Source: a virus. Taken from it: DNA of 64,000 bases. Position numbers and translations under genes: made by a program. The stretch is from positions 11,159 through 75,158 of the IMG/VR virus record IMGVR_UViG_3300037308_000202, one strand, 5' to 3'. Shown here piece after piece: positions 28,627 through 38,856 of this stretch (position 1 is its first letter; each line of letters starts with the position of its first letter). The notes under the pieces are model-generated. The model was given only the letters and a program-made list of their open reading frames with translations, did no database searches and was not told the origin of the DNA.

Positions 28627-29745
28627 TTACACCGCCATCAATTTCGGGCCGCGCGCCCAGCGTTGGCAAGCCGTGTAATTATCCTTTAATTCCTTCTGGT
28701 ATTGCAAAAGACGCGCACCGTACCCGGCGTTTGTGGCGGAGCTAGTTGTCGCAATACTCTGCGAAAGACCATCGATCGAGAGACTCTGGCTCGCAATACC
28801 AGCGCCAACCAATAAATCGCCCGCGATATTGAGCGGACCAAACGCGGCCAATTTACCGACCATGTCTTTGATCACGCCCGGCACCTCTTCGATTTCGGGA
28901 TTTGGGTTTGAGACCGAATCCGGCTCGGGCCCGCTGGGATCCCACTCGTAGGAACCTTCGGGCATCGGGCCAAACCCTGCCGTGTAGTCGATGCGCAGCA
29001 TATCCGGCACGGCCCGCGCCATCGTCATCCACGTTGACCAAATCGGCGCCCACTGGCCGCCAAGCGGGCCCACAGAGCCGCCCGGGATCAACTGCAACTG
29101 GCCCGAATCGCGCTGCACGTGGATCCAATTTTTCGGAAATGTCCGCATGGTGGTTCCGTCCGGCAGAACCATCCGCACGCGCTCCACCGAAATAACGGGA
29201 ACGCGCCAAAGCTGCAGCATCAACCATTCGCGCGCGCTTTCGCGCTCCCAGTCGTGCATTTCGCTCAAAATTGTTCGTCGACGGATCGAAATATCTAATT
29301 TCATCTCCAAAAACGACACAGCCGAGCGGATGTAGTGCACGAAAAGCGCATCGGGGTACGGCGTATTGTAATCGTCCGTCATATTTACGCCGAACAAATA
29401 AAACGACTTCAGCTCGTCGATCGAAAGCACTTCAAGGCAAGCGTCCTCGGTGCCTCGCACAGCCGCCGAATATGGACCAAGCGCGTGCGTGGATGGGTTG
29501 TACGTCGCCCACCGGTACCAATAATTTTTTGACCCGGATGGGTCGACAAAATCATAAATGGTGACTTTCGAAACCAGCGGGATCCAAGTCAACTCGGTCG
29601 TCGCCTCGGTCCACGGGCCGCTCGAGCCACTGTTACTGCGGTAGACACGCACGTGCGTGAATCCCGCGGTAATTTGCGCAGTCGGATCCGGGATCAAAAC
29701 CTCAACGAAGGTCGGTACAACAGTGCCACAAGCTCGCGCCATCAC
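28627..29745 (-). CDS. Head-tail adaptor with N-terminal Fn3-like domain
   Basis: YLFGVNM...YIRSAVSFLE..LDI; SQSLSIDGLSQSI..TSSATNAGYGAR adaptor motif; extra beta-rich N-terminal domain. Confidence 0.7.
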   Translation of the reverse strand: MMARACGTVVPTFVEVLIPDPTAQITAGFTHVRVYRSNSGSSGPWTEATTELTWIPLVSKVTIYDFVDPSGSKNYWYRWATYNPSTHALGPYSAAVRGTEDACLEVLSIDELKSFYLFGVNMTDDYNTPYPDALFVHYIRSAVSFLEMKLDISIRRRTILSEMHDWERESAREWLMLQLWRVPVISVERVRMVLPDGTTMRTFPKNWIHVQRDSGQLQLIPGGSVGPLGGQWAPIWSTWMTMARAVPDMLRIDYTAGFGPMPEGSYEWDPSGPEPDSVSNPNPEIEEVPGVIKDMVGKLAAFGPLNIAGDLLVGAGIASQSLSIDGLSQSIATTSSATNAGYGARLLQYQKELKDNYTACQRWARGPKLMAV

Positions 29746-29751
29746 ACGCCC

Positions 29752-30852
29752 CTAGTCTGTCCAGGTGGTCAAATCTTGGAAATCAGCATCAGGCACAACC
29801 CGGTTGATCGACAAGCCCGTTGCCTCGATCTCAAACACGACTTCCGCCCCGCGCAACAACTCCATTTCGAAATAACCGTCGGCGTCGGTTTCAATGTGCG
29901 CGATCCGCGTGTTGACCGTTGCGCCCTGCACGTCCTGGGGCGTGCGCGCGTAAGCGCCACAACAGGCCCCCGCCACCGGCACGCCGGCCGCATCGCGCAC
30001 CCAACCAAAGATCACGCACTTGTTGGGATCGCTCGGCACGATCGGCTCGTAAAGCCGCGTGCCCTCGAAACTCAGCAACGCGTCAGCCACCACAACAAAC
30101 GGTTGGGGCGTCACGAAAGCCACACCCGACGCGAACAGGCGAAGGTTGTACGAGCCGTCATCCAACGCGAACGTGCAAAGGCCGTCCACGGCGGTATGCT
30201 GGCGCCCGATGAAGACCAGATCGGCCGCATCAAACACGTCGACTTGAGCGCCCACGATCGGCGCGCCGTGTTGGTCGTCGAGGTAGATCTCGATCTCTCG
30301 CGCTCCGACCTCACCCGCCGAGCACGCCGCCAACGCCGCGCCCGTCGACCCTGGTGTCAGGTGACCGGCAAGCACCTCGTCCCACACGGCATCCGCATTG
30401 GCCCGCGCAACCGCGCCCGTGGATACTTCCATGGCAGCAAGCCGCCCCATTACCGTGTCGCCCGGGATCACCGGCACCACACCCGAGCCGACCGGAATAA
30501 ACAGCTCGTCGGTAACGGTGTGCTCCTCGACCGCGAAGCCAACGGGCGGCGTCGTATTGCGGAAATACATTAAATATACAATGTTTCCCGCGACCAAGCT
30601 TTGCTCGAATAGGTACGTGTAGATCCCAGGCGTGTTGACGGCGTCAACTGGCGTCAGCGTGTGCCACGTCGGCGTGCCCGAAAATCCAACGCCATCCCAG
30701 TACCAGTTATCAAGCGGCCCACCGCCCTGGCTCGCGCGGGCCCGCCGGATAGCCACTTGCGGCGTTGCGCCCACGACCCCAAGGCCGGTTGCGGGATCAA
30801 TGATTTGCAGCGCCAGAAAAATGTCGTCTGTCTTTGCGTGTTTGAAATACAT
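29752..30852 (-). CDS. Accessory virion protein (Ig/transthyretin-like domains, one AVWDE repeat)
   Basis: Carboxypeptidase-regulatory-like GAPIVGAQVDVF..., TDADGYFEMEL; NADAVWDEVLAGH. Confidence 0.5.
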   Translation of the reverse strand: MYFKHAKTDDIFLALQIIDPATGLGVVGATPQVAIRRARASQGGGPLDNWYWDGVGFSGTPTWHTLTPVDAVNTPGIYTYLFEQSLVAGNIVYLMYFRNTTPPVGFAVEEHTVTDELFIPVGSGVVPVIPGDTVMGRLAAMEVSTGAVARANADAVWDEVLAGHLTPGSTGAALAACSAGEVGAREIEIYLDDQHGAPIVGAQVDVFDAADLVFIGRQHTAVDGLCTFALDDGSYNLRLFASGVAFVTPQPFVVVADALLSFEGTRLYEPIVPSDPNKCVIFGWVRDAAGVPVAGACCGAYARTPQDVQGATVNTRIAHIETDADGYFEMELLRGAEVVFEIEATGLSINRVVPDADFQDLTTWTD

Positions 30853-30856
30853 GGGG

Positions 30857-32467
30857 TCAAACCGTTTCCTGCACTGCGAGGATTTGCGCCGTGCCCGAAC
30901 TGTTGGCGTTTACTTGCGTCGTGTCCAACCAGCGCAACGTCGTTGGATTTACGCCCGCCGCCAAAATCGTGAAGCCGTTGGTCACCGGCGGCGCCGTGCC
31001 GATCGCTTGCTTTGCGGCCGTCTGATTGGTCGCCGTAAATACGCCCGCAGTCAATTTCGCAAAATCACCGACCAGCGTTTGAATCGTCGTCGTGTCGGCG
31101 TACGCGCCAAACGTCAGGCTCCGCGCCACAAAGCCGCCCAGCACGTAATTGGCGCCCGACACGATCGCATTTTGCACCCGGCCCGCCAGGTTGGTGGCGA
31201 CCAAGCCCGACCAAGCAAACGTGCCCTTCTCATCGGGCAGCGCCTCATCGACGCGCAACGTGCGCGACCACACCGCGCCCGAGCCCACCCAAGCGGGCTC
31301 GACAAACGTGCCGCGCTGGCCGCCCGGATCGGTCACCAGCGACGGCGCCTCGAGTAGCGCTTGGTTTGCTGTCAGCGTGATCACGTGATCTTGGGCCGTC
31401 GTGCCGTCCATGCCGCCCGAGCGCAAGCGCGCGGCTGGTGTCGTAATCGTCACCGTCGGCACGTCGTGCGCGATCGCCACCGTAGTCAACGCCGCCGACA
31501 CCGCACCGTTATCGGCCCGCGTCATCGTCACCCGAAGGTTTACGGCGCTCACGTTGTAGCCACCGGCGATCCGGCTTACGACCTTGGTCGCTTGAAATAA
31601 TGTCGGATCGACGATCGACAACTCAGCCGCCGGCGAGTCAAACGCGCACGTGTTCGCCCCGACCTGCACATAATCCGAGATCAACGGCACCGTCGCCGAC
31701 TCGATATCTTTAAGGGCCGCTTGCGTCGGGGGATACGTCGGAAGGCCCCACACCGCCGAGAAATAGAAATTGTTGCACGTGACCAAATCGACGCCTTCAA
31801 CCGTGCCGCCTTCTTGATCCGTTGCGCGGACCGCGCTCAACGCGCCCGTGACCGCGTCGCGCACGCGCACGTGTGCGGGTAACAATTGCGGCGCGGCCCC
31901 ACGATCCGCGATCGGGATCGGCACGTTGAACGTCAAACCGGCAGGCACCGTGATCAGCGTCGGCGCGCCTGCGTCCAGATCCAACACCTCGACGGCGTCT
32001 ACCGCGCGATCAGCCGTACCCACTATATCGAATGTATCGCCTGCTTTGACTTCGATTTGGCCGCCCGGATAGCCGCCTGTGAACTGCAGCGCCGTGATTA
32101 CTGGGGGCGGCGCATAAACCACGTCGACCGTGTCGCGCGCGCCGTCTGCGTCGTCCGGTGTCGATACCACCACAAACACGCCGCCCGCTGCTGGCAACAC
32201 GACATCAACCGCGCCCGCGTAATGCCCACCGTCGACCGCCAGCGGAAGCTCGAACGGGATCCCAGCGATCGCGATCTTTGGGTAGCTCGCGGCCAGCGTA
32301 AAACGAAGCTCGAGCGTGCTCGCCGTGCAGCTCTGCAGCACCGTTTCAGCGGCATCTTGCCACACCTTATCGACCACGCCCTGGCCAACGGCCGTGGGCT
32401 CGATATCGACGATCCGCACCCAGCCAGCGCCACCCGCGTTGATCGTCCCGCCGCCTATAACCGCCAT
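30857..32467 (-). CDS. Accessory virion protein, multi-Ig-like beta-rich
   Basis: 536 aa, Thr/Val/Ala/Gly-rich beta pattern; within the structural operon. Confidence 0.5.
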   Translation of the reverse strand: MAVIGGGTINAGGAGWVRIVDIEPTAVGQGVVDKVWQDAAETVLQSCTASTLELRFTLAASYPKIAIAGIPFELPLAVDGGHYAGAVDVVLPAAGGVFVVVSTPDDADGARDTVDVVYAPPPVITALQFTGGYPGGQIEVKAGDTFDIVGTADRAVDAVEVLDLDAGAPTLITVPAGLTFNVPIPIADRGAAPQLLPAHVRVRDAVTGALSAVRATDQEGGTVEGVDLVTCNNFYFSAVWGLPTYPPTQAALKDIESATVPLISDYVQVGANTCAFDSPAAELSIVDPTLFQATKVVSRIAGGYNVSAVNLRVTMTRADNGAVSAALTTVAIAHDVPTVTITTPAARLRSGGMDGTTAQDHVITLTANQALLEAPSLVTDPGGQRGTFVEPAWVGSGAVWSRTLRVDEALPDEKGTFAWSGLVATNLAGRVQNAIVSGANYVLGGFVARSLTFGAYADTTTIQTLVGDFAKLTAGVFTATNQTAAKQAIGTAPPVTNGFTILAAGVNPTTLRWLDTTQVNANSSGTAQILAVQETV

Positions 32468-33330
32468 CGCTTCAGCTCCTTTTCGGCCACGTCAAAACCA
32501 AGCTGGCCCATCTCCGCAATTTCGGAGGGCTCAAAAGACAAGGGCGATCCGGGCAACGGACCATCGGGCTCGTAAACGCGGATCGGCACAAAGCGCTTGC
32601 CCTTCACCAGGCCGATACCGCGTGACGCCAGATCGTTGTGCGTCTGCGCCAGCGCTAGGTCGCTCTGCTGCACTTCGTCGATCAGGATCTCGAGCACACG
32701 CAGCGCTTGATCAACCATGCCCGCGGGCGCGGGCTTGTTGGTCGCTTGTCCGCGCTTGAAAGTCAGAATCACGTCGATCCCGTCAACTCCCGCGCGGAAG
32801 GCCTCACCCAGCGGCGTTGCATGGCGCACGCCGCCGTCGACCCAGGTTTCGCCGTCGATCGTCACTGGTGCGAACATCAGCGGGAAAGCCGCGCTCGCAA
32901 CGATCGCTTTTTCGATGTGCGCCGATTGCTCGGTCCAAACGCGGCTCTGGTAGGTTTCCAGCGAGGCCGCGACCACGCGCAGTTTTTTGCCCGACGTGAT
33001 CAAACTCTTTATATCGAAATATTTGTGCACCAAGTCGGCAAGCGGCTGGGAATTGGTGAGAGACTTTCCGCCGACAAGCCCTTGGACGTACCCAAAAAAC
33101 CAGTGTCGATAAATCGCCGCCGTGTCGATCGTCTCCCAGATCCGATCCAGCACGGCCACACCCGCGGCGCCGTCCCTATGCTGCGCCAACATCGCCGCGT
33201 TGATCGCGCCCACCGACGTGCCGCAGTAGACATCCCAATTTGCCTGACCGGCCGCGGCCAGTGCGCGCAAAACCCCAACCTGAAAAGCGCCTCGTGAAGC
33301 GCCACCAGAAAGCACCAGCGCTCGCGTCAT
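32455..33330 (-). CDS. Patatin-like phospholipase
   Basis: ALVLSGGASRGAFQVG oxyanion loop, GTSVG nucleophile elbow, SAAFP, VDGG catalytic Asp. Confidence 0.93.
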   Translation of the reverse strand: MTRALVLSGGASRGAFQVGVLRALAAAGQANWDVYCGTSVGAINAAMLAQHRDGAAGVAVLDRIWETIDTAAIYRHWFFGYVQGLVGGKSLTNSQPLADLVHKYFDIKSLITSGKKLRVVAASLETYQSRVWTEQSAHIEKAIVASAAFPLMFAPVTIDGETWVDGGVRHATPLGEAFRAGVDGIDVILTFKRGQATNKPAPAGMVDQALRVLEILIDEVQQSDLALAQTHNDLASRGIGLVKGKRFVPIRVYEPDGPLPGSPLSFEPSEIAEMGQLGFDVAEKELKRWRL

Positions 33331-36300
33331 CCAATCCGATCCCTGACAGCCTCGAGGCTATCCGTTGCTTGGTCGTACGTTTGCGATCCGTCTTTGTTGC
33401 AGAGCCGATCCAACAACGAGCCCGGCGCCGCCGTTGCCGGATCCTCGGTCGCCGCGACATCGATTTTTTGCACTTGCGCGCCAACCGTGCCCGGCGTCGT
33501 GTGAGCGCTCGAAAGCTCATCCCAAACCGCCACCGCGATAGCCGGCGGCGTCACCGGGCCCGCACCGCCTGCGTTGTCCAGCGCCGTCGCCGCGTTGCCC
33601 ACACCAAGGTGCGGCGCAAGTGGCTCCTCCCAGACTTCGGCAACCGTGGCTCTACTTGAGACAGGCACATCCACCCGCGCCAACGCAACGCCAGTGCTTC
33701 CCACAACCACGTGACCCGCGGTCAGCTCATCCCAAACGGCGTCTGCGATTTCCTCCGTGGTTGGGTAGACCGCGACCGAGCCATCAAGGATCGTTCGCGT
33801 CTCAAGCTTGGTGAATGCCACCGCTGCCTCGGCGTACGTGAACGCAAACCGCACCTGCGCATCGGGGTGCGTCGAGGCTACCGAATAGGTCACCTCGTAA
33901 ACACCGACCGCAAGCCGCGTCATGGTCGTTGCTGAAAGGTTGGCGTCGAGGCTCGCGCCCGACTCGGTTTGCGCGTGCACGTTGATCGTGTTCGCGTCGG
34001 GGTCCTCCGGGTGTCCGTCGGTGTCCTCAAGCGTGACCGCGATCTTGTACGTGCGCGTACCGACCTCGGGCCGGATCAACTCTGGGATCGAAGCACGGAA
34101 CCGAACCGTGTTCGCGACCGCCGCCACCGCGTCGCGGATCTGCTCAAGGCTATCGGTCAGCGCGACGAAACCCGAGCCCGCAAGCTCTGTCAGGTTTCGC
34201 CCACCCGAGCCTTGGATCGTGGTCCGCGCCGTCGTAATCGGCTCATCCACACGGCCTAGCGTCGCGCCTGCGCTGCCTGCGACGACGTGCCCAGCCAAAG
34301 ACTCATCCCAAACCCCGTCAGCGATTCCAGCGACCGCTGGCGCGGTTAGCGTCATGGCATCGCCTGGTGCGGCTCGTGTCGTCACCGCGGCATCAAGTCG
34401 CGCTGCCGCTTCGCCCGCGCTACCCGCGACCACGTGACCCGCCAAAAGCTCATCCCAGACCGCGTCGGCCACTTGGGCCGGCGTCACGCCACCGCCGGCC
34501 GCGTTGAGCGCTTCCGCCGTCGATCCCACCGTGCCGCTATGGTCTGCGATCGGCTCCTCCCAAACCGCATCGGCAATTTCACCCGCGGCCGAGGCCGCCA
34601 GCGCGTTTGCGTCCACGGCGTCGGTTATGAGATCCATCGCGTCGCCTGGGGCCGCGCGACTTGAAACGGCCACGTCGACACGAGCCGCTGCAGCTCCAGC
34701 CGAGCCCACACCGGTGTGACCGCTCAAGACCTCATCCCAAACCGCATCGGCAATTTCTGCCGCACCCGTCGCGGCGATCGCAGCGCTATCAACCGCGTTC
34801 GCCGCCAGCGTCATCGCGGCGCCAGGCGCCGCTCGCGTGCTCACCGCGACATCAAGGCGCGCCACCGCTTCACCAGTCGTGCCTGGCGTCACGTGCCCGG
34901 CGAGCGTTTCGTCGAGCACTGCATCGGCCGTAGCGGCAAGCGCCGCCGGCGTCAGCGCCATTTGTGCGCCTGGTGCCGCGCGGCTCGTAATTGCCGCGTC
35001 CAAGTAGCTTAGCGCCTCACCCGTCGAGCCCACACCGATATGCCCGCCGCGAGCTTCGTCCCACACTGAGTCAGCAATTTCTTGGGCCGCCGATGTCGCA
35101 AGGCTCGTGGAATCAACGGCGTTTGCCGTGAGCGCCATCGCGGCACCTGGTGCGGCTCGGCTCGTAACCGTCGCATCAAGCCGCGCCAAGAATTGCGCCG
35201 TTGAACCCGCCACACCACTGTGATCGGCGAGCGGCTCCTCCCAAACGTAGTTGGCGATCTCCTCGGCCGCGGTAAAATCGAGCGCGTTCGCGTCTACCGC
35301 GCCCGCGATCAAATCCATGGCCGCACCTGGTGTCGCCCGCGTGCTTATCGCCGCGTCGATCCGCGCCCCCGGGAACGGTGTTGCGTCACTGATAATCGAA
35401 TCGCGGATCTCGTTGACCGCTGTTGTGGCCAAGCCGCCGTTTGTCAGCGCCACCGACTCGCCAAACGAACCAACCACCGTGTGCGCACCGCGCGACGCAT
35501 CCCAAACCGCAGCCGTAACTTGCGCTGGCGTAATGCTGCCACCGCCCGCACCTAAATCAGCCAACTGCTTGCCAGCCGAACCCACTACCGCGTGACCAGA
35601 AAGCAGCTCGTCCCAAACTGCGTCTGCCGCGCCTGCGTTCGTTGCGCGGGTTGTAATCGCCGCGTCGAGGTTATCGAGGTAACCCGCGCGGGTTGGCGTG
35701 TAACCCTGATTTGTCAGCGCGGTTTGCACGTCAGCGATCGAAAGATCCTGCAGCGCTGCGATCGCAGCCTGCGTTGCCGTGTGCTGCGCAAGCTGGTTGC
35801 TTTCGTCTGCAGGATCACTCGGTAAGTTGTCCGTGCGAGCTTTGATCCCAGCAATGCTTGCGCCCGCGAACGGTGTTGCGTCCGATAGGATCTGCGCTTG
35901 CGTAGCGCGGCTCGAAACCGCGGCGTCAACGCGCGCGCCCTGAAACGGCGTCGCATCCGACAAAATCGCGCTTTGGATCTCGGTCACCGCATCCGCGGCG
36001 AGCGCCGCAGCGTCGAGCGCGTTCGTTACGAGATCCATCGCATCGCCTGGTGCTGCTCGGCTCGTAATCGTGGCGTCCAATCGATCGAGATAACCGGCTC
36101 GCGTCGTGGTGTAGCCCTGCGCCGTCATCGCCGATTGCACGTCCGCTTGGCTCAAATCGTTGAGCGCCGCGATCGCAGCCTGCGTTGCAGCATGCTGTGC
36201 GAGCTGGTTGCTTTCGTCAGCGGGATCCGCCGGCAAATTGTCAGTCTTGGCCTTGATCGCCGCGATGCTCGCGCCCGCAAACGGTGTGGAATCCGACAGA

Positions 36301-36926
36301 ATCGCGTCGCGGATTTCGTTAGCGGCGTCCGTTGCCAGGCCGGCCGCGGTAAGCCGCACCGACTCGCCGAACGAACCCGCTACCGTGTAGCCACTGCGTA
36401 GCGCATCCCAAACCGCGCCCGCCACCTGACCCGGCGTCAGCGTCCCCGTGCCGATGCCCGCCAACGTAGCGCCAGCGCTGCCCACAACCACATGACCGCT
36501 CAACAGCTCGTCCCAAACGCCCGCCACCGTTGCGCGGCTCGATATCGTCGCGTCCACGTTGTCGACCCACTTGCCGACCTGAATCACCGCGGGCGAAGGC
36601 AACCGCGCGTTGGTGCCTGGCGTCTGCACCGGGATTACCTGGTAATCGTCGTTGGCCGTGGGGTTGGTGATCGAAGCCGTAGGCAAGCCGCCCGTCACTT
36701 CGTACAGGCCTGGCGCGTTGGTCGCGCTAATTTCGGTCAGGCTTTTATTTAGCGTGGTCCAGCCGGTGCTTTTGAACGTGTACCCAGTCCAATCAAGAAA
36801 AAACCCGTCAGATACGCGCCGAATTCGAACGTAAAGATCGGTCAAGCCTGTGATCGGGTTTCCGGCCGTATTTACGGCGTAAACCGAAATAGGCTCGGTC
36901 GCGCCTGTGGTAATTCTGACATTCAT
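33327..36926 (-). CDS. Large repetitive virion accessory protein with AVWDE-type repeats
   Basis: About 14 copies of A-x-x-V-W-[DE]-[EA]-x-x-x-x-H/Y; duplicated DNLPxDPADESNQLAQH block; Ig-like domains near both ends. Confidence 0.65.
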   Translation of the reverse strand: MNVRITTGATEPISVYAVNTAGNPITGLTDLYVRIRRVSDGFFLDWTGYTFKSTGWTTLNKSLTEISATNAPGLYEVTGGLPTASITNPTANDDYQVIPVQTPGTNARLPSPAVIQVGKWVDNVDATISSRATVAGVWDELLSGHVVVGSAGATLAGIGTGTLTPGQVAGAVWDALRSGYTVAGSFGESVRLTAAGLATDAANEIRDAILSDSTPFAGASIAAIKAKTDNLPADPADESNQLAQHAATQAAIAALNDLSQADVQSAMTAQGYTTTRAGYLDRLDATITSRAAPGDAMDLVTNALDAAALAADAVTEIQSAILSDATPFQGARVDAAVSSRATQAQILSDATPFAGASIAGIKARTDNLPSDPADESNQLAQHTATQAAIAALQDLSIADVQTALTNQGYTPTRAGYLDNLDAAITTRATNAGAADAVWDELLSGHAVVGSAGKQLADLGAGGGSITPAQVTAAVWDASRGAHTVVGSFGESVALTNGGLATTAVNEIRDSIISDATPFPGARIDAAISTRATPGAAMDLIAGAVDANALDFTAAEEIANYVWEEPLADHSGVAGSTAQFLARLDATVTSRAAPGAAMALTANAVDSTSLATSAAQEIADSVWDEARGGHIGVGSTGEALSYLDAAITSRAAPGAQMALTPAALAATADAVLDETLAGHVTPGTTGEAVARLDVAVSTRAAPGAAMTLAANAVDSAAIAATGAAEIADAVWDEVLSGHTGVGSAGAAAARVDVAVSSRAAPGDAMDLITDAVDANALAASAAGEIADAVWEEPIADHSGTVGSTAEALNAAGGGVTPAQVADAVWDELLAGHVVAGSAGEAAARLDAAVTTRAAPGDAMTLTAPAVAGIADGVWDESLAGHVVAGSAGATLGRVDEPITTARTTIQGSGGRNLTELAGSGFVALTDSLEQIRDAVAAVANTVRFRASIPELIRPEVGTRTYKIAVTLEDTDGHPEDPDANTINVHAQTESGASLDANLSATTMTRLAVGVYEVTYSVASTHPDAQVRFAFTYAEAAVAFTKLETRTILDGSVAVYPTTEEIADAVWDELTAGHVVVGSTGVALARVDVPVSSRATVAEVWEEPLAPHLGVGNAATALDNAGGAGPVTPPAIAVAVWDELSSAHTTPGTVGAQVQKIDVAATEDPATAAPGSLLDRLCNKDGSQTYDQATDSLEAVRDRIG

Positions 36927-37528
36927 ACCACCACCTCAAGGAGCGAAAAGGACAGATAGCGAAACGCTAATTCGGTTGCCGTGTTTTTCTGCGCCTGCGC
37001 AACGTACAGCGTTTCCACCGCGTCAAAAGGCAACCCGGGCGCCGTTGTCAGGCTCAAAATCGCCCACTCGCCCTCGGTATCAGACAACGTCACCGGCCCT
37101 AGCAGCGCCGTACCATCGGAATCGACGACCCTAAATTCGGCGTCGTCACCAGCGCATTTTACCTGGCCGACCACTCGCGCGAAGGCGTTGGGCATGTGCT
37201 TGGTTAAAAAACTGATGCGCGACACCACGCCGCCAACATCGACCCAGCCCGCACCCTCAATTGTTTTCGCGTCGGTCACGAGCGTTGAACCGGCGCGAAA
37301 TTCCACGAACGTAATCGGCTGGCCGGTGTGCGCCGCCACAATCCCGTCAAGGGTTGTGTACTCAGCCGCCGTTAAATCCGCGGTAAAAACGATCGTGCAT
37401 GTCGTGCCGCGCGTATCGATATGGTGGATTTTTGCAGATAGCCCGGTTGCCCTGATCTCAGCAAGCAAACGATCCGGCGCAACAACACCATTCAAAAAAG
37501 CCGAAAACGGATAATCGTAATTCGTCAT
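36923..37528 (-). CDS. Hypothetical structural accessory protein
   Basis: 201 aa; 4-nt overlaps on both sides. Confidence 0.55.
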   Translation of the reverse strand: MTNYDYPFSAFLNGVVAPDRLLAEIRATGLSAKIHHIDTRGTTCTIVFTADLTAAEYTTLDGIVAAHTGQPITFVEFRAGSTLVTDAKTIEGAGWVDVGGVVSRISFLTKHMPNAFARVVGQVKCAGDDAEFRVVDSDGTALLGPVTLSDTEGEWAILSLTTAPGLPFDAVETLYVAQAQKNTATELAFRYLSFSLLEVVV

Positions 37529-38124
37529 ACCAGCGCCTCGATAATCGTGAGATTCGCAAAACCAAAGTCAGGGCTCGTTACCGGACGTATCCGGCCCGTT
37601 CCGCCGTCCACACGCCAGCGTAATTTTACTTCAACGTTACCAGCCGGCAGACCTGTGCGGCGCTCATGGCAGCCACCATTACCAGGCTTAACGTTTGCAA
37701 CCGCATACCCAAATCCATAAATCGCAGTCCCACCAATCGTTAGTTGCCCAAACTGATAATTCGCGCCCGAATTATCGCCGCCATGATTTGCCCAAATCAG
37801 CAACACGCTATCAGCCCGGATTTTATTGACGGTAATCGTCAATAAATCAACGAACGCCGTGCTGGTGGTGGTTGTGTCCACCGTGATTTCGGTGTGGAGC
37901 GATTGCAAAATCGACGCGATGTGAACGTGATCCGATCGCGCAAGCGAAGTCGCCGAACCCTCGGCGAGCGCCGAGCCCAACCCCACCGGGGTTGCCGTCG
38001 TCACGTCGTGCTTGTGGTCGTTGCGCGCCGCTTCGATACCGGTGCCCACCGCCGCCGTTGCTTTCGTGACATTTACCGGCGCAATCGATGTCAGGCCAAC
38101 GCCCGGAATATTTCCCAACTGCAT
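37525..38124 (-). CDS. Fibre/whisker-like protein
   Basis: A.GT...AARNDHKH and ARSDHVH fibre-repeat motifs; beta-sandwich-like C-terminus. Confidence 0.55.
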   Translation of the reverse strand: MQLGNIPGVGLTSIAPVNVTKATAAVGTGIEAARNDHKHDVTTATPVGLGSALAEGSATSLARSDHVHIASILQSLHTEITVDTTTTSTAFVDLLTITVNKIRADSVLLIWANHGGDNSGANYQFGQLTIGGTAIYGFGYAVANVKPGNGGCHERRTGLPAGNVEVKLRWRVDGGTGRIRPVTSPDFGFANLTIIEALV

Positions 38125-38126
38125 GA

Positions 38127-38483
38127 TTATCGCTCCTCGTCAGGGCGCGCGGATCCAGATCGCGGCCGGCGGCGTTCGCCCAAAACAATCTCTTCGCGCA
38201 AGATCGCGATCGTGTCACTCAGCGCTTGCACCTGCAGAGCAAGACGCGACAATTGATCGCGCAGATCCTCCCGATGCAACCGTAATTCGTCGCGAAAATC
38301 GACGCGCTGGCGTTGTATTTCGTCGCGAAAAAGCGAAGCTTGAACAGTCAAGGCTTCCTTGAAATCTTGGGATAACCGCGGAATTGTGTGGCTAAACGTA
38401 CGTTTTACCAACCACACAACCAAGCCGATCGCAGTTACGCCGCCGACCGCCTGGGAAAGCTCGCCAAAGTTGGTGGGATCCAT
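38127..38483 (-). CDS. Small TM + coiled-coil protein
   Basis: MDPTNF start; TM AVGGVTAIGLVVWLV followed by a heptad-rich helix. Confidence 0.5.
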   Translation of the reverse strand: MDPTNFGELSQAVGGVTAIGLVVWLVKRTFSHTIPRLSQDFKEALTVQASLFRDEIQRQRVDFRDELRLHREDLRDQLSRLALQVQALSDTIAILREEIVLGERRRPRSGSARPDEER

Positions 38484-38525
38484 GGGCCCCAGGGTACCGG
38501 AGGCCCTGGGCGCCCTCAAGACGAG

Positions 38526-38843
38526 CTAGGCCCGCTTCTGGAAAGCCGCGATCTCAACCGTAGTGGCGCCCTTGATCCAAATCGAATCACGCTCACCGGG
38601 ATCGGTTTCGACTGGGCCTTGCCATTCGCCGTAGGGATACGTCGCCGATGCGATCGGCAACTCGGCGTATTGGTCGTTGCCGGCCAGAAAATCTTTTTCC
38701 GTGAAATAGATTTTCGCGACCGCCGCGCCCTTGTTGCGAACGATCAGGTAGGAAAGAAAAAACGGGATATTGACCTTGCGGCCCGACGCATCGAACGCGC
38801 CGCGCCAGGCCCAAACGGCCCCGCCTCGTAGGGTGTGCGCCAT
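38526..38843 (-). CDS. Hypothetical small beta-rich protein (possible head decoration)
   Basis: 105 aa; downstream of the capsid gene. Confidence 0.5.
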   Translation of the reverse strand: MAHTLRGGAVWAWRGAFDASGRKVNIPFFLSYLIVRNKGAAVAKIYFTEKDFLAGNDQYAELPIASATYPYGEWQGPVETDPGERDSIWIKGATTVEIAAFQKRA

Positions 38844-38856
38844 GGCTCAACCCCTT

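Noticed and set aside
32455-33330. CBASS operon around the patatin
   Set aside because: No CD-NTase or Cap2/Cap3-like genes adjacent; neighbours are structural-type genes
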